Virus record (IMG/VR): IMGVR_UViG_3300032233_002657
Coordinates: 117,490 to 181,489 of that record
DNA from: a virus
Taxonomy: Duplodnaviria > Caudoviricetes
Strand: one strand, 5' to 3'
Length of the DNA stretch: 64,000 nt
Shown here: positions 1-9,035 of the stretch, piece after piece
How the letters are laid out: every line of letters begins with the position of its first letter
Position numbering within the stretch: the first letter of the stretch is position 1
The notes under the pieces: model-generated
Seen by the model: the letters and a program-made list of their open reading frames with translations, nothing else
The model's database searches: none
What the model was told of the DNA's origin: nothing
Made by a program: the position numbers and the translations under genes

Positions 1-557
1 ACGGCAGCTGACTGTGAGGTTTTGTTAGTAGTGGCGGCAACAGCTGCTGCTGTGCTTGCAGCTACGTCGTCGCCGATAAATCCTACTATTTTAGTATTTA
101 AGGTGTAGGTAGTTCCGGAGGCTATACCCCTAATGTATACTGCATCGCCGCTTCGAGCCCCTCGGTCTAGAAGAGCAGCAGAGGCTGGGTAAGAAGTACC
201 GTTATCGGTAAAAGCTACGCCGGCTGCACGAATGCGATTAGGGTGATTAGCTACTGGAGCTACAAGGCTGCCAACTCCAGCGTCATTTTGATAGTATTTG
301 AGGTGGGCATCATCAAGATAAAGCTTTACATAGGTAGTGTCTACAACAGCGCCTGGGCTAAGACTAGGCCAGCTGTATGAAGTGTCTTCAAGGTAGTCGT
401 AGCTACCTAAGAATATGTTTAATTTTTCGTCGGGAACAGCGTACCGAAACAGTTCAGCGTGTCCTCCGCTTATGTGGGAGTTAAGAACTCCGGCTGTAGC
501 TACGGGAGCTACTCTAAATTCTTGAAATACTTTAACTTGGGGAAGAACATACGCCAT
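1..557 (-). CDS. Probable tail sheath protein, N-terminal part (runs off window start)
   Basis: Not in the ORF track. ATG at 557 with GGAGG RBS; open frame MAYVLPQVKVFQEFRVAPVATAG... continues to position 1. The N-terminus resembles the MAYxxPGVxVxE start of contractile sheath proteins, and it follows neck/tail-completion-like genes. Confidence 0.55.
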   Translation of the reverse strand, partial: MAYVLPQVKVFQEFRVAPVATAGVLNSHISGGHAELFRYAVPDEKLNIFLGSYDYLEDTSYSWPSLSPGAVVDTTYVKLYLDDAHLKYYQNDAGVGSLVAPVANHPNRIRAAGVAFTDNGTSYPASAALLDRGARSGDAVYIRGIASGTTYTLNTKIVGFIGDDVAASTAAAVAATTNKTSQSAA

Positions 558-593
558 GATAGTTGGCCTCCGTGCCTGTTAGTTAGCCCCGTC

Positions 594-1217
594 TTAGGGC
601 AGGTAAGAAGATAAATTAACCCTCTTTAGAATCGGCCCCTGCTGGGCTACTGTCCAAACCTCTTGTCCAGTGTACTGTACAACTATAGGTGCTGCATAGT
701 TCTCTTTTGCTTCTTCTAACTGAAAAAGAGGACCGAGCTGCACTGCTTCAAATTTAATCAAATTCAGAACATTTGCAATAACTAATCCGTAGGTATTTAA
801 ATCTTTATAAACTTCACCTGCTAATATCTCTGACTGGACCCCGCTATTCGATATACAGAAAAGGGTGTGCGACCCTTTCATAATCCTACCATAACGCTCA
901 GATCCTAGGTAAATATCGTCAGTACCGGCGTTGTCGTTAAGGACCAATCTTTCAGAACTCCAGCTTCCGCGCTTAATTATTATAGCTGGTCTTTTTTCTG
1001 TTATTTCTGGTTTCCACTTAGTTATAGATTCTATAAGAATGCCCGTAGGCTGTGTTGCCTTCCAAAGTAAACCTCTAAGTTGTTCTGTTTCTATATTATT
1101 TGGATCTGCAAATCTATTGGTCAGCCAGTCTCTTAAATAGCCTGTGACTATGTGGGGAGCTATTCCTAAAGCACATAGGTTGTTTCCCGTGTCAAATGCT
1201 GGCTGAGGCTCACTCAT
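594..1217 (-). CDS. Putative tail completion/terminator protein
   Basis: 207 aa between neck genes and the sheath candidate; RPAIIIKRG motif and beta-rich C-half typical of tail terminators; positional inference. Confidence 0.45.
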   Translation of the reverse strand: MSEPQPAFDTGNNLCALGIAPHIVTGYLRDWLTNRFADPNNIETEQLRGLLWKATQPTGILIESITKWKPEITEKRPAIIIKRGSWSSERLVLNDNAGTDDIYLGSERYGRIMKGSHTLFCISNSGVQSEILAGEVYKDLNTYGLVIANVLNLIKFEAVQLGPLFQLEEAKENYAAPIVVQYTGQEVWTVAQQGPILKRVNLSSYLP

Positions 1218-1414
1218 ACTTTCTTGCCTTTATTCATAAAACTAAAATCAGGCTGCTGATAAGAAACTATCTTAGGCATCTCTATCTCTTTATTTTTAGG
1301 AGTGGAGACGTCTCTACTAATACCGCCGTGAAACTCTTTAACGTGATTTGCCATCTTATCAAAAGGTGAGTCATCAAACATCGACCCTTTGTCCATCATT
1401 CCTTTTACCATCAT
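1214..1414 (-). CDS. Small hypothetical protein
   Basis: 66 aa, ATGA-coupled to both neighbours; contains one copy of the dispersed palindrome. Confidence 0.55.
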   Translation of the reverse strand: MMVKGMMDKGSMFDDSPFDKMANHVKEFHGGISRDVSTPKNKEIEMPKIVSYQQPDFSFMNKGKKV

Positions 1415-2223
1415 AGCCCTTCCTCCGGTATTGTGTAGACTACGTCTGTGAACGGAGCCATTCTTAAATTTACAGCAGCTACTACATTGTATCCTCTCAT
1501 TGTAACTAATTCCGTATACTCATGTACGATATATCTTCTGCCGCTACCTTTATCCCATATCACATCTGTAGCTGCAACTATCACATCTCCCACTACTCTA
1601 CAGTTCTGAACAGTTGATTGTGTTTTTGTTCCCGTGGACTCTATATCTATTTTTTGTGCTTCTGTAGCCACTGGAAGTTCTATAAATATAGGTACAGCGC
1701 TGTAGTAGCCGTTAAGTAGAGAGGTCCCAAAACATACCGGACAGTTACCGTCTATAGCTTCATCTGTTAGTGGGTCAGCACATCTAGGACACCTTTGAGC
1801 TGTTATTTTTCTTTTAAATATTACAGCGGTTTCTAGGCCAGCATATTTAGATAATCTTAATTTTTCTTTTCTTATAAGCTCTCTTACTATTCTCCAAGTT
1901 CTATAGTCTACTCCTGAGTCGGCAGTTATTGTTGTAGAGTAGTAAGTTCTAAGAGCTGTTGTAAGTTTAACTCTGTAGCACCAGTCTAGGTCTTTGCCGT
2001 AAACCCTGCTTTCGTCGTCTATAAGAAACCAGGTGTTAATAGCGGGAGGGCCTATGTTAATAAAGTCAGCAGTATCTGCGGAAGACTTAGCGCCTTGCAA
2101 AGTAAAGTAATAAGGGCCTGGATCAGATATAAGCCGACTAAGCTCCCACTCCACTTTTGTGCCGCCAGAGGGAGAGAACTTTACAAACGTTCTTTCAAAC
2201 ACGTCAATACCTGAGTATGTCAC
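1411..2223 (-). CDS. Putative neck/head-closure protein with Zn-finger insert
   Basis: 270 aa; RCPRC...CPVCFGT..GYY motif within a head-closure-like C-terminal domain; position in head-neck module. Confidence 0.5.
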   Translation of the reverse strand: MTYSGIDVFERTFVKFSPSGGTKVEWELSRLISDPGPYYFTLQGAKSSADTADFINIGPPAINTWFLIDDESRVYGKDLDWCYRVKLTTALRTYYSTTITADSGVDYRTWRIVRELIRKEKLRLSKYAGLETAVIFKRKITAQRCPRCADPLTDEAIDGNCPVCFGTSLLNGYYSAVPIFIELPVATEAQKIDIESTGTKTQSTVQNCRVVGDVIVAATDVIWDKGSGRRYIVHEYTELVTMRGYNVVAAVNLRMAPFTDVVYTIPEEGL

Positions 2224-2546
2224 GGCCTGTTCCTTACCTTCTCAAGGTGCTTGTCGCAGTCCTTAACAATGTCTATATTCCAAGACAAAAACGAGTGCAG
2301 GTGCCCAAAAACAAAATGGCAATATGAGCACAATACTATTAGGTTCGCAGGGTCTAACTCCCTAGTAGGATCTAAATGTACAGGAACCTTATGGTGAACA
2401 ACCAGCTTCTTTGTAGACCCGCATGCGGCGCAGGGCTTACCCTTTGCAAAGTCATCGCGGCACTTGGGCCACTTGCCTGATCTAACACCTAACGCCCAGA
2501 CTAGCGTGTCCATTACTTTTATTTGTATGGACTTTAAAGTTATCAT
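2220..2546 (-). CDS. HNH endonuclease (small, Zn-binding)
   Basis: CAACG...VHHK...NLIVLCSYCH motif; start taken at MITLK (2546), ATGA-coupled to the upstream stop. Confidence 0.8.
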   Translation of the reverse strand: MITLKSIQIKVMDTLVWALGVRSGKWPKCRDDFAKGKPCAACGSTKKLVVHHKVPVHLDPTRELDPANLIVLCSYCHFVFGHLHSFLSWNIDIVKDCDKHLEKVRNRP

Positions 2547-3466
2547 CTGTATCTCCCGAATTCCCCGTAGGTAGAACCGAAAGACCCATCCCATGCTTCT
2601 TTATTTATTTGAACCTTAGTCATCTTGACCCACTTCATATATTCTTGAAGCATCTGATTGCCTATTGCTTCATACTCTTGCGCTTTGTTCTTATCGTCTA
2701 CAGCTATGCCGCCTGCATTGTAAGCTAACTGGTTTCTTCTATAGTGCTTAGCCGCAAGAATATATAGCTCACCCATTATGCCATCAAAAAGAACAGTAGG
2801 ATTGGGGAAGTTAGTGGTATCAAAGAATCTGTTAATCTTAGGCTGCGAAGTATTCCAGTGCTGTACGCAGTGAACCATAACCTCGCATATCTCGGATAAA
2901 TCGAACTCTAAGGTGTTTAGAAGAGGATTGTCTTCAGGAGAGTTGTCTCTAAGGTATACCCTTATTTCTCGAACAGGAGGTAGGCCTCGTAGCCCGTTAA
3001 CCCCAGTGGTATTAAACTGGCTTCTCTCGACAAGTATGTAAAAGTTGGAGGAGTGTATAAGCTCACCAGAAGGAGAGAAAACTCCCCAGTTACCTTCTAA
3101 CACTCCGTTAAGCCCTGTAGCGGTTACTGGTATTTTGGCTCTGACTAAACCAGCGGCGGCGTCTATAAATACACCCTCTACATCGACTAGAGGAGCGTTA
3201 CTAGGGTTGGAAAGAATTTCTCTGGCCCTGAGCTTTATGCTTCCCGAAATACTGGCGCTAGACGAGCTGGAAGCTGAATCAAACCCGCATGTGGAAAAGT
3301 TTATCGGCCTGCCTTCACCGTCGCGCAGTGCCATCTCTATAACTGGAGCCATGCCTTGTGCGGTGGCTACAGCTGGAGTCTTAGTAAAAATAGGACGACC
3401 ATCTACTCGAGTGATGGTGGGCCTTAAGACTAGCTGATCTGCACACTCTATTATGCTTGGGTCCAT
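2543..3466 (-). CDS. Putative head-tail adaptor/neck protein
   Basis: 307 aa; beta-rich N-domain plus helical C-domain (NQLAYNAGGIAVDDKNKAQEY) of the kind seen in large-phage adaptor proteins; Ser run SASSSSSAS. Confidence 0.45.
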   Translation of the reverse strand: MDPSIIECADQLVLRPTITRVDGRPIFTKTPAVATAQGMAPVIEMALRDGEGRPINFSTCGFDSASSSSSASISGSIKLRAREILSNPSNAPLVDVEGVFIDAAAGLVRAKIPVTATGLNGVLEGNWGVFSPSGELIHSSNFYILVERSQFNTTGVNGLRGLPPVREIRVYLRDNSPEDNPLLNTLEFDLSEICEVMVHCVQHWNTSQPKINRFFDTTNFPNPTVLFDGIMGELYILAAKHYRRNQLAYNAGGIAVDDKNKAQEYEAIGNQMLQEYMKWVKMTKVQINKEAWDGSFGSTYGEFGRYR

Positions 3467-3480
3467 TTTGGCTCCATTGC

Positions 3481-4740
3481 TTATATTTTACACGGGCCTG
3501 GCTGATGCTGCCCCTTTAAAGCACATAGGTCGGCGTAAACGTACAGCATATTATTGGTCTTATGGAATTCAGTAGGGGCCTCGGTCCATAGTCTATCCGC
3601 TTGAAACCTGCAAGTTATCTCAGGAACAAACTTAGCGTAGTCCCTATTGGTATAGTACCAAAAAGAGTTCTGATTGATACAGTTAATGTGACTTGGGTCT
3701 TGAACGGCTGCTCTTCCGTCTGAGCTAGGCGTACCTGACAGTATCCAACCGCCTGGGGCTAGAACTCTGTAGAAGTCATTCATGCACTCAACAAACTTAT
3801 GCCTAGGTATGTGCTCAAAGCAGTCATAAGCTCTTAGAATGCCGATTGAGTTATCCGCAAATGGCAGAGGCCCTTCACCTAGGGTATGGATAATGTCTGC
3901 ATCTCTTTTATCTAAGCTCTTATAACCCTTAGGTGAATTACGGCCGCCCCCTAAGTCTATCATGTCTAATTTATTCCTACGGCACCACTCTTCACACAGT
4001 TTGTGCAAGTATCTGTTGTGTGTGGTGTTTTGCGCTTTAACAATGTCGCCTGCCTTGCTTTCAAAGGAGTTTGATTTTTTAGGGTCTATGACTCTTCTAT
4101 AAAGATATAAGCATTCTTCGTGGTGAATAAATTCTGCTTTAGATAAATAAGTTTTGCATATGAGGTCGTGGTCATCGCCTACGGCCATAGAGCCGTCATG
4201 GCCTCCGGCAGCGTAATAGACATCCCTGTGCCAAGCCCTTACATGGTTAGGGGCAAAGAATACTTGTGCCAAGCAGCTTGGCGAAGGTGGAAAGCACCTA
4301 TGGGCTACATAGGGTTTGCCTAGATGTTCAAAATCATATGTCTTCCAGCCGTAGGAGCTGTGGTAGACCTCAGGAGCACCATTAGGAAAGAAGCAGGCAA
4401 AGTCAGAATAGTGAAAAGCGGGCCCGTGCTTATCGTGTTTTTCTGCAATTCTTTGAAGCGCCCATGGTACCAGTATGTCATCGTGATCTAGCTCTACGTA
4501 TATTTCACCTTTAGCCTGACTGCAAGCGTAGTTCTTAAGGGCGCCTATTCTTACACTCTTTACTGGCTTCACTACCACTCTAGGGTCATTTATTATTTCT
4601 GGGGGTAGGAAAAGGGTCTTATCTCCGTTAGGGACTATTATCCATTCCCAATTAGAGTGAGTCTGCTTAACTAAACTATCGTAGCAATCTTTTATCCAAG
4701 TTGTGTCATGCGTAGGAGTGAACACGCTGAATTTTAACAA
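3481..4740 (-). CDS. GT2 glycosyltransferase fused to SAM-methyltransferase-like domain
   Basis: FSVFTPTH, ELDHDD (DxD) and GDDHDL in the N-half; IDLGGG, LPFADNS and YRVLAPGG in the C-half. Confidence 0.85.
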   Translation of the reverse strand: MLKFSVFTPTHDTTWIKDCYDSLVKQTHSNWEWIIVPNGDKTLFLPPEIINDPRVVVKPVKSVRIGALKNYACSQAKGEIYVELDHDDILVPWALQRIAEKHDKHGPAFHYSDFACFFPNGAPEVYHSSYGWKTYDFEHLGKPYVAHRCFPPSPSCLAQVFFAPNHVRAWHRDVYYAAGGHDGSMAVGDDHDLICKTYLSKAEFIHHEECLYLYRRVIDPKKSNSFESKAGDIVKAQNTTHNRYLHKLCEEWCRRNKLDMIDLGGGRNSPKGYKSLDKRDADIIHTLGEGPLPFADNSIGILRAYDCFEHIPRHKFVECMNDFYRVLAPGGWILSGTPSSDGRAAVQDPSHINCINQNSFWYYTNRDYAKFVPEITCRFQADRLWTEAPTEFHKTNNMLYVYADLCALKGQHQPGPCKI

Positions 4741-4827
4741 GGTAGACTTCTTTCATAGGTAAGATTTGACTTAGTAACATGCAGTTAACATACCTATATG
4801 AGCTTTGTATTTCCAGTCCATTAAACG

Positions 4828-4855
4828 AAAAAAGCCCCGGCATGCCGAGGCTTTT
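4828..4855 (-). terminator. Intrinsic terminator after head genes
   Basis: AAAAGCC-CCGGCATGCCGA-GGCTTTT hairpin, followed on the minus strand by TTTTTTCGTTT. Confidence 0.7.
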
Positions 4856-4889
4856 AGAGCTGCTACCTAGAGCATCTCGATTATAAACA

Positions 4890-5228
4890 TTAGCTGGCAG
4901 CACTAGATGAGTAAGGCACACCAAATGGATCGACTGGTGAGAAGGTGCCGTTATCTAATTTGATAGTTTTGCTTACGTCCAAAGTAGCATCGTAAAGTAT
5001 TGGGGTAGGCCCGCTAACTACTACAAGGTCACCAGACTGGACTGCAGCTGTGAAGCCCGCTCTTTTTCGACCAGAGGTTATTCTGGACAAAAGATTTTCA
5101 ACAGACCCGAAGAATGTGTACTCTTCGCCAGTTTCAAGTTTTTTACCGTGTGGTGGTAAGAAGCCAAATACTGCGGCCTTACCAGACATGTTTCGCACTG
5201 TAGTGTTAATGCAATCTATATTAGCCAT
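4890..5228 (-). CDS. Hypothetical head-associated protein
   Basis: 112 aa, GGAGG RBS, downstream of the capsid gene; Ser-rich C-terminus. Confidence 0.6.
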   Translation of the reverse strand: MANIDCINTTVRNMSGKAAVFGFLPPHGKKLETGEEYTFFGSVENLLSRITSGRKRAGFTAAVQSGDLVVVSGPTPILYDATLDVSKTIKLDNGTFSPVDPFGVPYSSSAAS

Positions 5229-5253
5229 TTTAACCTCCTAGGTTACTTGTTAA

Positions 5254-5643
5254 TTAAGCAGAGATCTGCTTGGCCATAGCCCCATGGTAAGTGAGAACTG
5301 CGTCCATTATATCAGGCCTTGAAGCTAATTCATAGGAGGCCTTTTTAATAGCGTCGTTTAAATTGCTGTTAGCTGTGGGCGCGCCCATAAGGCCACCCAA
5401 CTGCTGGTTAGCTACATTTAAAAAGTTAGTTTGAGCGGAAGCTTGCTTTACGCTTTCTTGAGCGTGAGCTTCTCCAAGACGACCTGCCATCTCTAGAAGG
5501 CTGGATACCTCAGCGTCATTCTGGGGCACGATGTTAAAATCGGAAGCCAGCTTTTCAAGGAATACGGGAATAAATACTTCACGTACAAGAGTAGCGTGCG
5601 CAGCTTGAGCTTGACCCAGCTCTTCTTGCGTTAAATTAGACAT
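5254..5643 (-). CDS. Hypothetical helical protein with KxA motifs
   Basis: 129 aa; EKLAS, VKQAS, IKKAS motifs; GGAGG RBS. Confidence 0.6.
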   Translation of the reverse strand: MSNLTQEELGQAQAAHATLVREVFIPVFLEKLASDFNIVPQNDAEVSSLLEMAGRLGEAHAQESVKQASAQTNFLNVANQQLGGLMGAPTANSNLNDAIKKASYELASRPDIMDAVLTYHGAMAKQISA

Positions 5644-5670
5644 TGTCGGCCTCCAGACTTAAGAAGAATA

Positions 5671-5692
5671 GGGGCCACTTAAAAGTGACCCC
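5671..5692 (-). terminator. Hairpin after major capsid gene
   Basis: GGGGCCACTT-AA-AAGTGACCCC stem; minus-strand tail TATTCTTCTT (weak U-tract). Confidence 0.5.
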
Positions 5693-5705
5693 CGAACTGT
5701 TAACA

Positions 5706-6635
5706 TTACGCAAAGTCAACACGGGCAACTGCGTTGGTGTTGCCGATGGCGCCACCAAGAGTTTCATAAGCGAAGAATTCTAACATGTAGGCCTTTCGGT
5801 CAACATAAAGAGTTGTATCTTCGAGGATGAACGACTTGCCCAAGAATTTAGGATCAGCGAACATAAAGATGCTGTCAGTAGGAACCAAGTCCTGCTTGAT
5901 GGAGATAATCCAACGAGCATTCATGAAGTTCTGCTCTGACCAGCCGTTCTTGAATACGTCCTGACTGAAGTCACCGCCCATTTCTTCACGACCGAATTTC
6001 ATCAGTTCGCGAATAGTAAGGTTGTTGACCAAGCAGGTACCTACTTCAAGGCGGCTAATGGTTCTAGGAAGAACCTTAAACGCATCTTGGAGGGTGTCAC
6101 GGGTAATACCACCGTAGATGGTTTCCCATTGTACCAAGCCGGATTGAGTTACGGTAGCATCTGCTGAGCTTCCCATAGCAGCGTTACACGCTTCAATAAA
6201 TTTACGATCTTCTTCCGCTAACATATCCTTAATGGCATTATCCGAAAGGATCTGCCTGATATCCATGCGGTAAGTACGAAGTTCATCTACGTCCTTCGTA
6301 AATCGTGGAGTTACAATGCGGTCAAAGGTAACCCTGTATTTCTGACCACGAATATAAAGGTTCATGGGAAGAGTATTGAATGGGATCGAGATCGCTGCTG
6401 GCGAATCAGGTTCACGTTCAATAATCTTTACAGGCTTATCAGTGTCAACCTGTTGATCAAGGTCATCGTTACTGACCTGGACAGGTGGAAGAATTCTTCG
6501 GTAGAAGCCTTCTTCGCGCATTCTGTAGCGGGTATAGTCAACGACAGCATCAAGTGCTCGTTTTTCCATACCGGGGGTTTCAAGGTAACTGAGGAATGTC
6601 TCATTCGTCAGTTTAGTGTCGTTATCGTAGGCCAT
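5706..6635 (-). CDS. Probable major capsid protein (HK97-like fold)
   Basis: 309 aa, last gene of a protease-scaffold-decoration run; strong AGGAGG RBS; downstream hairpin; REEGFYRRILPP and AIKDMLAEEDRKF spine-helix-like segment; C-terminal GGAIGNTNAVARVDF. Confidence 0.7.
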   Translation of the reverse strand: MAYDNDTKLTNETFLSYLETPGMEKRALDAVVDYTRYRMREEGFYRRILPPVQVSNDDLDQQVDTDKPVKIIEREPDSPAAISIPFNTLPMNLYIRGQKYRVTFDRIVTPRFTKDVDELRTYRMDIRQILSDNAIKDMLAEEDRKFIEACNAAMGSSADATVTQSGLVQWETIYGGITRDTLQDAFKVLPRTISRLEVGTCLVNNLTIRELMKFGREEMGGDFSQDVFKNGWSEQNFMNARWIISIKQDLVPTDSIFMFADPKFLGKSFILEDTTLYVDRKAYMLEFFAYETLGGAIGNTNAVARVDFA

Positions 6636-6654
6636 GTTAGAGCTCCTCCTAGTA

Positions 6655-7209
6655 TTAGTATCCTGCTTTGCCTGGTTTGTAAACAGTCCAGAACGCTAAT
6701 ACATTATTGCGATCTGATTGGCGTTTACGCACGCCTCTAGAAACAACCCCAACTATGTTAGTAGGATTACCTGAACCGGCTTCTGCAGCTACTGTACTGG
6801 CGTTGGTCAAAAGACCAGCGTCGGTGCTGCTCTGGGAGCTGGATTTACAGCGAAGATACTCGTTAGGAGCATAAGTGTTAGCTGAGTCAAACTCAGTGGT
6901 TTCCAACTCGTAAGAGCCAGAGCCTACCAAGCCAGTAATGGTGCCAGTAGGTCCGATAGGATACCAAGTGGTACCGCCATCGTTGCTGACGTCATTATCT
7001 GTACCGTTCTGAAGAAGGAAGATAGGCATCATGCTACCAGTGCAGCCGAGTTCAAACTCGCCTACAGAGTTAATATGGGCACATCGACCAGCATACACAC
7101 TCACCTCAACATTAGCAGATATCTTGGCTGTATAGTCCAAGGCTGCCATCTGAAACCAACCCTTGATCGCATCAAGAGTATGGTCAAACATCTGACGTGG
7201 ATTTGCCAT
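6655..7209 (-). CDS. Putative capsid decoration/cement protein
   Basis: 184 aa, beta/Gly-rich, immediately upstream of the MCP candidate (typical position). Confidence 0.5.
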   Translation of the reverse strand: MANPRQMFDHTLDAIKGWFQMAALDYTAKISANVEVSVYAGRCAHINSVGEFELGCTGSMMPIFLLQNGTDNDVSNDGGTTWYPIGPTGTITGLVGSGSYELETTEFDSANTYAPNEYLRCKSSSQSSTDAGLLTNASTVAAEAGSGNPTNIVGVVSRGVRKRQSDRNNVLAFWTVYKPGKAGY

Positions 7210-7264
7210 AATTTAAGACCTCCGTGTCTGTTTGGCTACCAATCTAGCGCTGTTTAAAATACAC

Positions 7265-7651
7265 CTATAAGCCTAAGTGCTGGCGGAAACGACGATCGGA
7301 CTCGCGCTCGGAAGTAGTCCGTCGTCCCACGTATGGATCATTCATCGAGTCGTAATTGTTAGCTTGCTTTTCTGGTTTACCCAGAGCTTTTGGCTTAACA
7401 GTTTTACTAACGTCCGCAGCCTTGATCAAGATCTCTAAAGCCTTGACATGACTAGTCAAAGCAGAAGCGGCCTTTTCACGGTCAGCTGGGTCAATCCTTT
7501 CGAATTGAATTAGGGCATCGACTGCTTTGGGGAGAAGCTCCCCGATGCGTTCGTCTGCAGCTCTTTTTTCATTGAGTTGCTTTTCAGCTACGTCTAGGGC
7601 AGCCTCTACGCATTGAATATAGTCGATTGCTTTTTCTGAGAAATTAGACAT
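7265..7651 (-). CDS. Hypothetical helical head-module protein
   Basis: 128 aa coiled-coil-like; EKRAA, EKAAS, EKQAN motifs. Confidence 0.55.
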   Translation of the reverse strand: MSNFSEKAIDYIQCVEAALDVAEKQLNEKRAADERIGELLPKAVDALIQFERIDPADREKAASALTSHVKALEILIKAADVSKTVKPKALGKPEKQANNYDSMNDPYVGRRTTSERESDRRFRQHLGL

Positions 7652-7667
7652 TTAAATAGCCTCCAAA

Positions 7668-8891
7668 TTACCCAATTATGTCACGAACACAAAGTTTGAT
7701 CTGGTCGCGCAAGTTACGCTGTTGAGCGGTCTTGGCTTCAGAGAATCTAAATTTGCCAGCTTTGCGATAGGACTGAGCATACTTAATTAAGTTAGTTAAG
7801 TCGCGCTCTACGCTAGCTTGAGCTGAAGCCATTTTAGCAGCTTCAGGGGGCATTCCAGCTTCAGGTGGCATCATTCCAGCTTCAGGAGGCATTCCGCCTG
7901 CGCCGCCGTCTCCACCTTGTTGAATCATGGCTAACAACTCTGCAGGATCAATTCCTTGTTCCTGAAGTGCCATAAGCAATTCTTGAGCTGCGTCATCAGG
8001 GCTAGCGCCGCCACCAGTATCTTCGCCAGCCATCTGGGCCATCATACCGGGGTCTACTTCCATGCCGCTTTCTGATCCGCCTTCTCCGTGCTCAGCAGAC
8101 TCTTCCATAGGAGATTCTGAAGATTCTTCTTCAGGGGCTGCAGCTTCGCCTTCTGCAGCTTTATAAAAAGCTTGAAGGTAGCTTCCAACCATAGCTGCTT
8201 TTTCAAGGCCGTCAGCAATAGTTTGCTCAATAGAGCCAGCTACTACTTCTCTGGCTTGCTTGGAGAACTCATCTTGTTGCTCAGTGGTCAAAGAAGCCGC
8301 TGCGGCTCCAGCTGCCGCCATTTTATCGCAGTCTGCGGCTGGGGCTTTTTTACCCTTCTTTTCATCTATTTTTTTTTGAATAAAAGCTGGCATAGGCTTT
8401 GAGCCTGCTGCTTCTTTCATATTTACAGTGATGTCTGAAAGAATGTCATTAGCCTTGCTGCTGGCCAACTTTCGAAGTTCACCAAAAGACATAGAGCCAT
8501 ACTTTTCGCCATCATTAGTCTTAGCTGGGTGGCTAGTACCTGGGTCTTCTTTATCGCTCTTATAGTCATCTTCGCTAGCTGGGTCTTCGCCGGTGGAAGC
8601 GCTAGTAATGCCTACATCGAACTGTTGATCTTCTTGTGAAGGGGAGCTGTCTCCAGCTGCGTCTACTCCACCGTTGAAGATGGTCTTCTTTACATCAGAT
8701 GTGTTTTCTTGGGATCGTTTGCCTTCAGTAGCGGGTTGGGTGTTGTCGTCAACATCCTTGCTAGGATGGCTGGTGTCCCCACCTTGGCTACCGGGTTCGG
8801 TATTAGCTGCTGCTCGTTTCTTAACGGAAGCTTGCTTCTCGTTTTCAACTTCAGAAAGAAATTCTCGCAGCTGATCAAATAGCTGAGGCAT
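7668..8891 (-). CDS. Putative scaffold/core protein, acidic and low complexity
   Basis: 407 aa between protease and capsid genes; many KxA motifs (KQAS, KRAA, KLAS, KEAA, KMAA, KAAE, KMAS); GM(M)PPEA repeats. Confidence 0.5.
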   Translation of the reverse strand: MPQLFDQLREFLSEVENEKQASVKKRAAANTEPGSQGGDTSHPSKDVDDNTQPATEGKRSQENTSDVKKTIFNGGVDAAGDSSPSQEDQQFDVGITSASTGEDPASEDDYKSDKEDPGTSHPAKTNDGEKYGSMSFGELRKLASSKANDILSDITVNMKEAAGSKPMPAFIQKKIDEKKGKKAPAADCDKMAAAGAAAASLTTEQQDEFSKQAREVVAGSIEQTIADGLEKAAMVGSYLQAFYKAAEGEAAAPEEESSESPMEESAEHGEGGSESGMEVDPGMMAQMAGEDTGGGASPDDAAQELLMALQEQGIDPAELLAMIQQGGDGGAGGMPPEAGMMPPEAGMPPEAAKMASAQASVERDLTNLIKYAQSYRKAGKFRFSEAKTAQQRNLRDQIKLCVRDIIG

Positions 8892-8971
8892 CGTAAATTC
8901 ACTCCTATTTCGTTGGCGTCGCAGGTAAGGTTACCCTTAACCAAAATTAGTACTGTTCAACGCCTTTAATG

Positions 8972-9000
8972 ATTCTGTACAGTACTTCAAAAGTGTGCAA
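8972..9000 (-). promoter_or_regulatory. sigma70-like promoter for scaffold-capsid operon
   Basis: Minus strand TTGCAC-17 nt-CAGAAT; the -35 box overlaps the inverted repeat GTGCAAGAC-C-GTCTTGCAC (8995-9013). Confidence 0.45.
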
Positions 9001-9035
9001 GACCGTCTTGCACTTTTTTTGTATCTTTTTATCTA

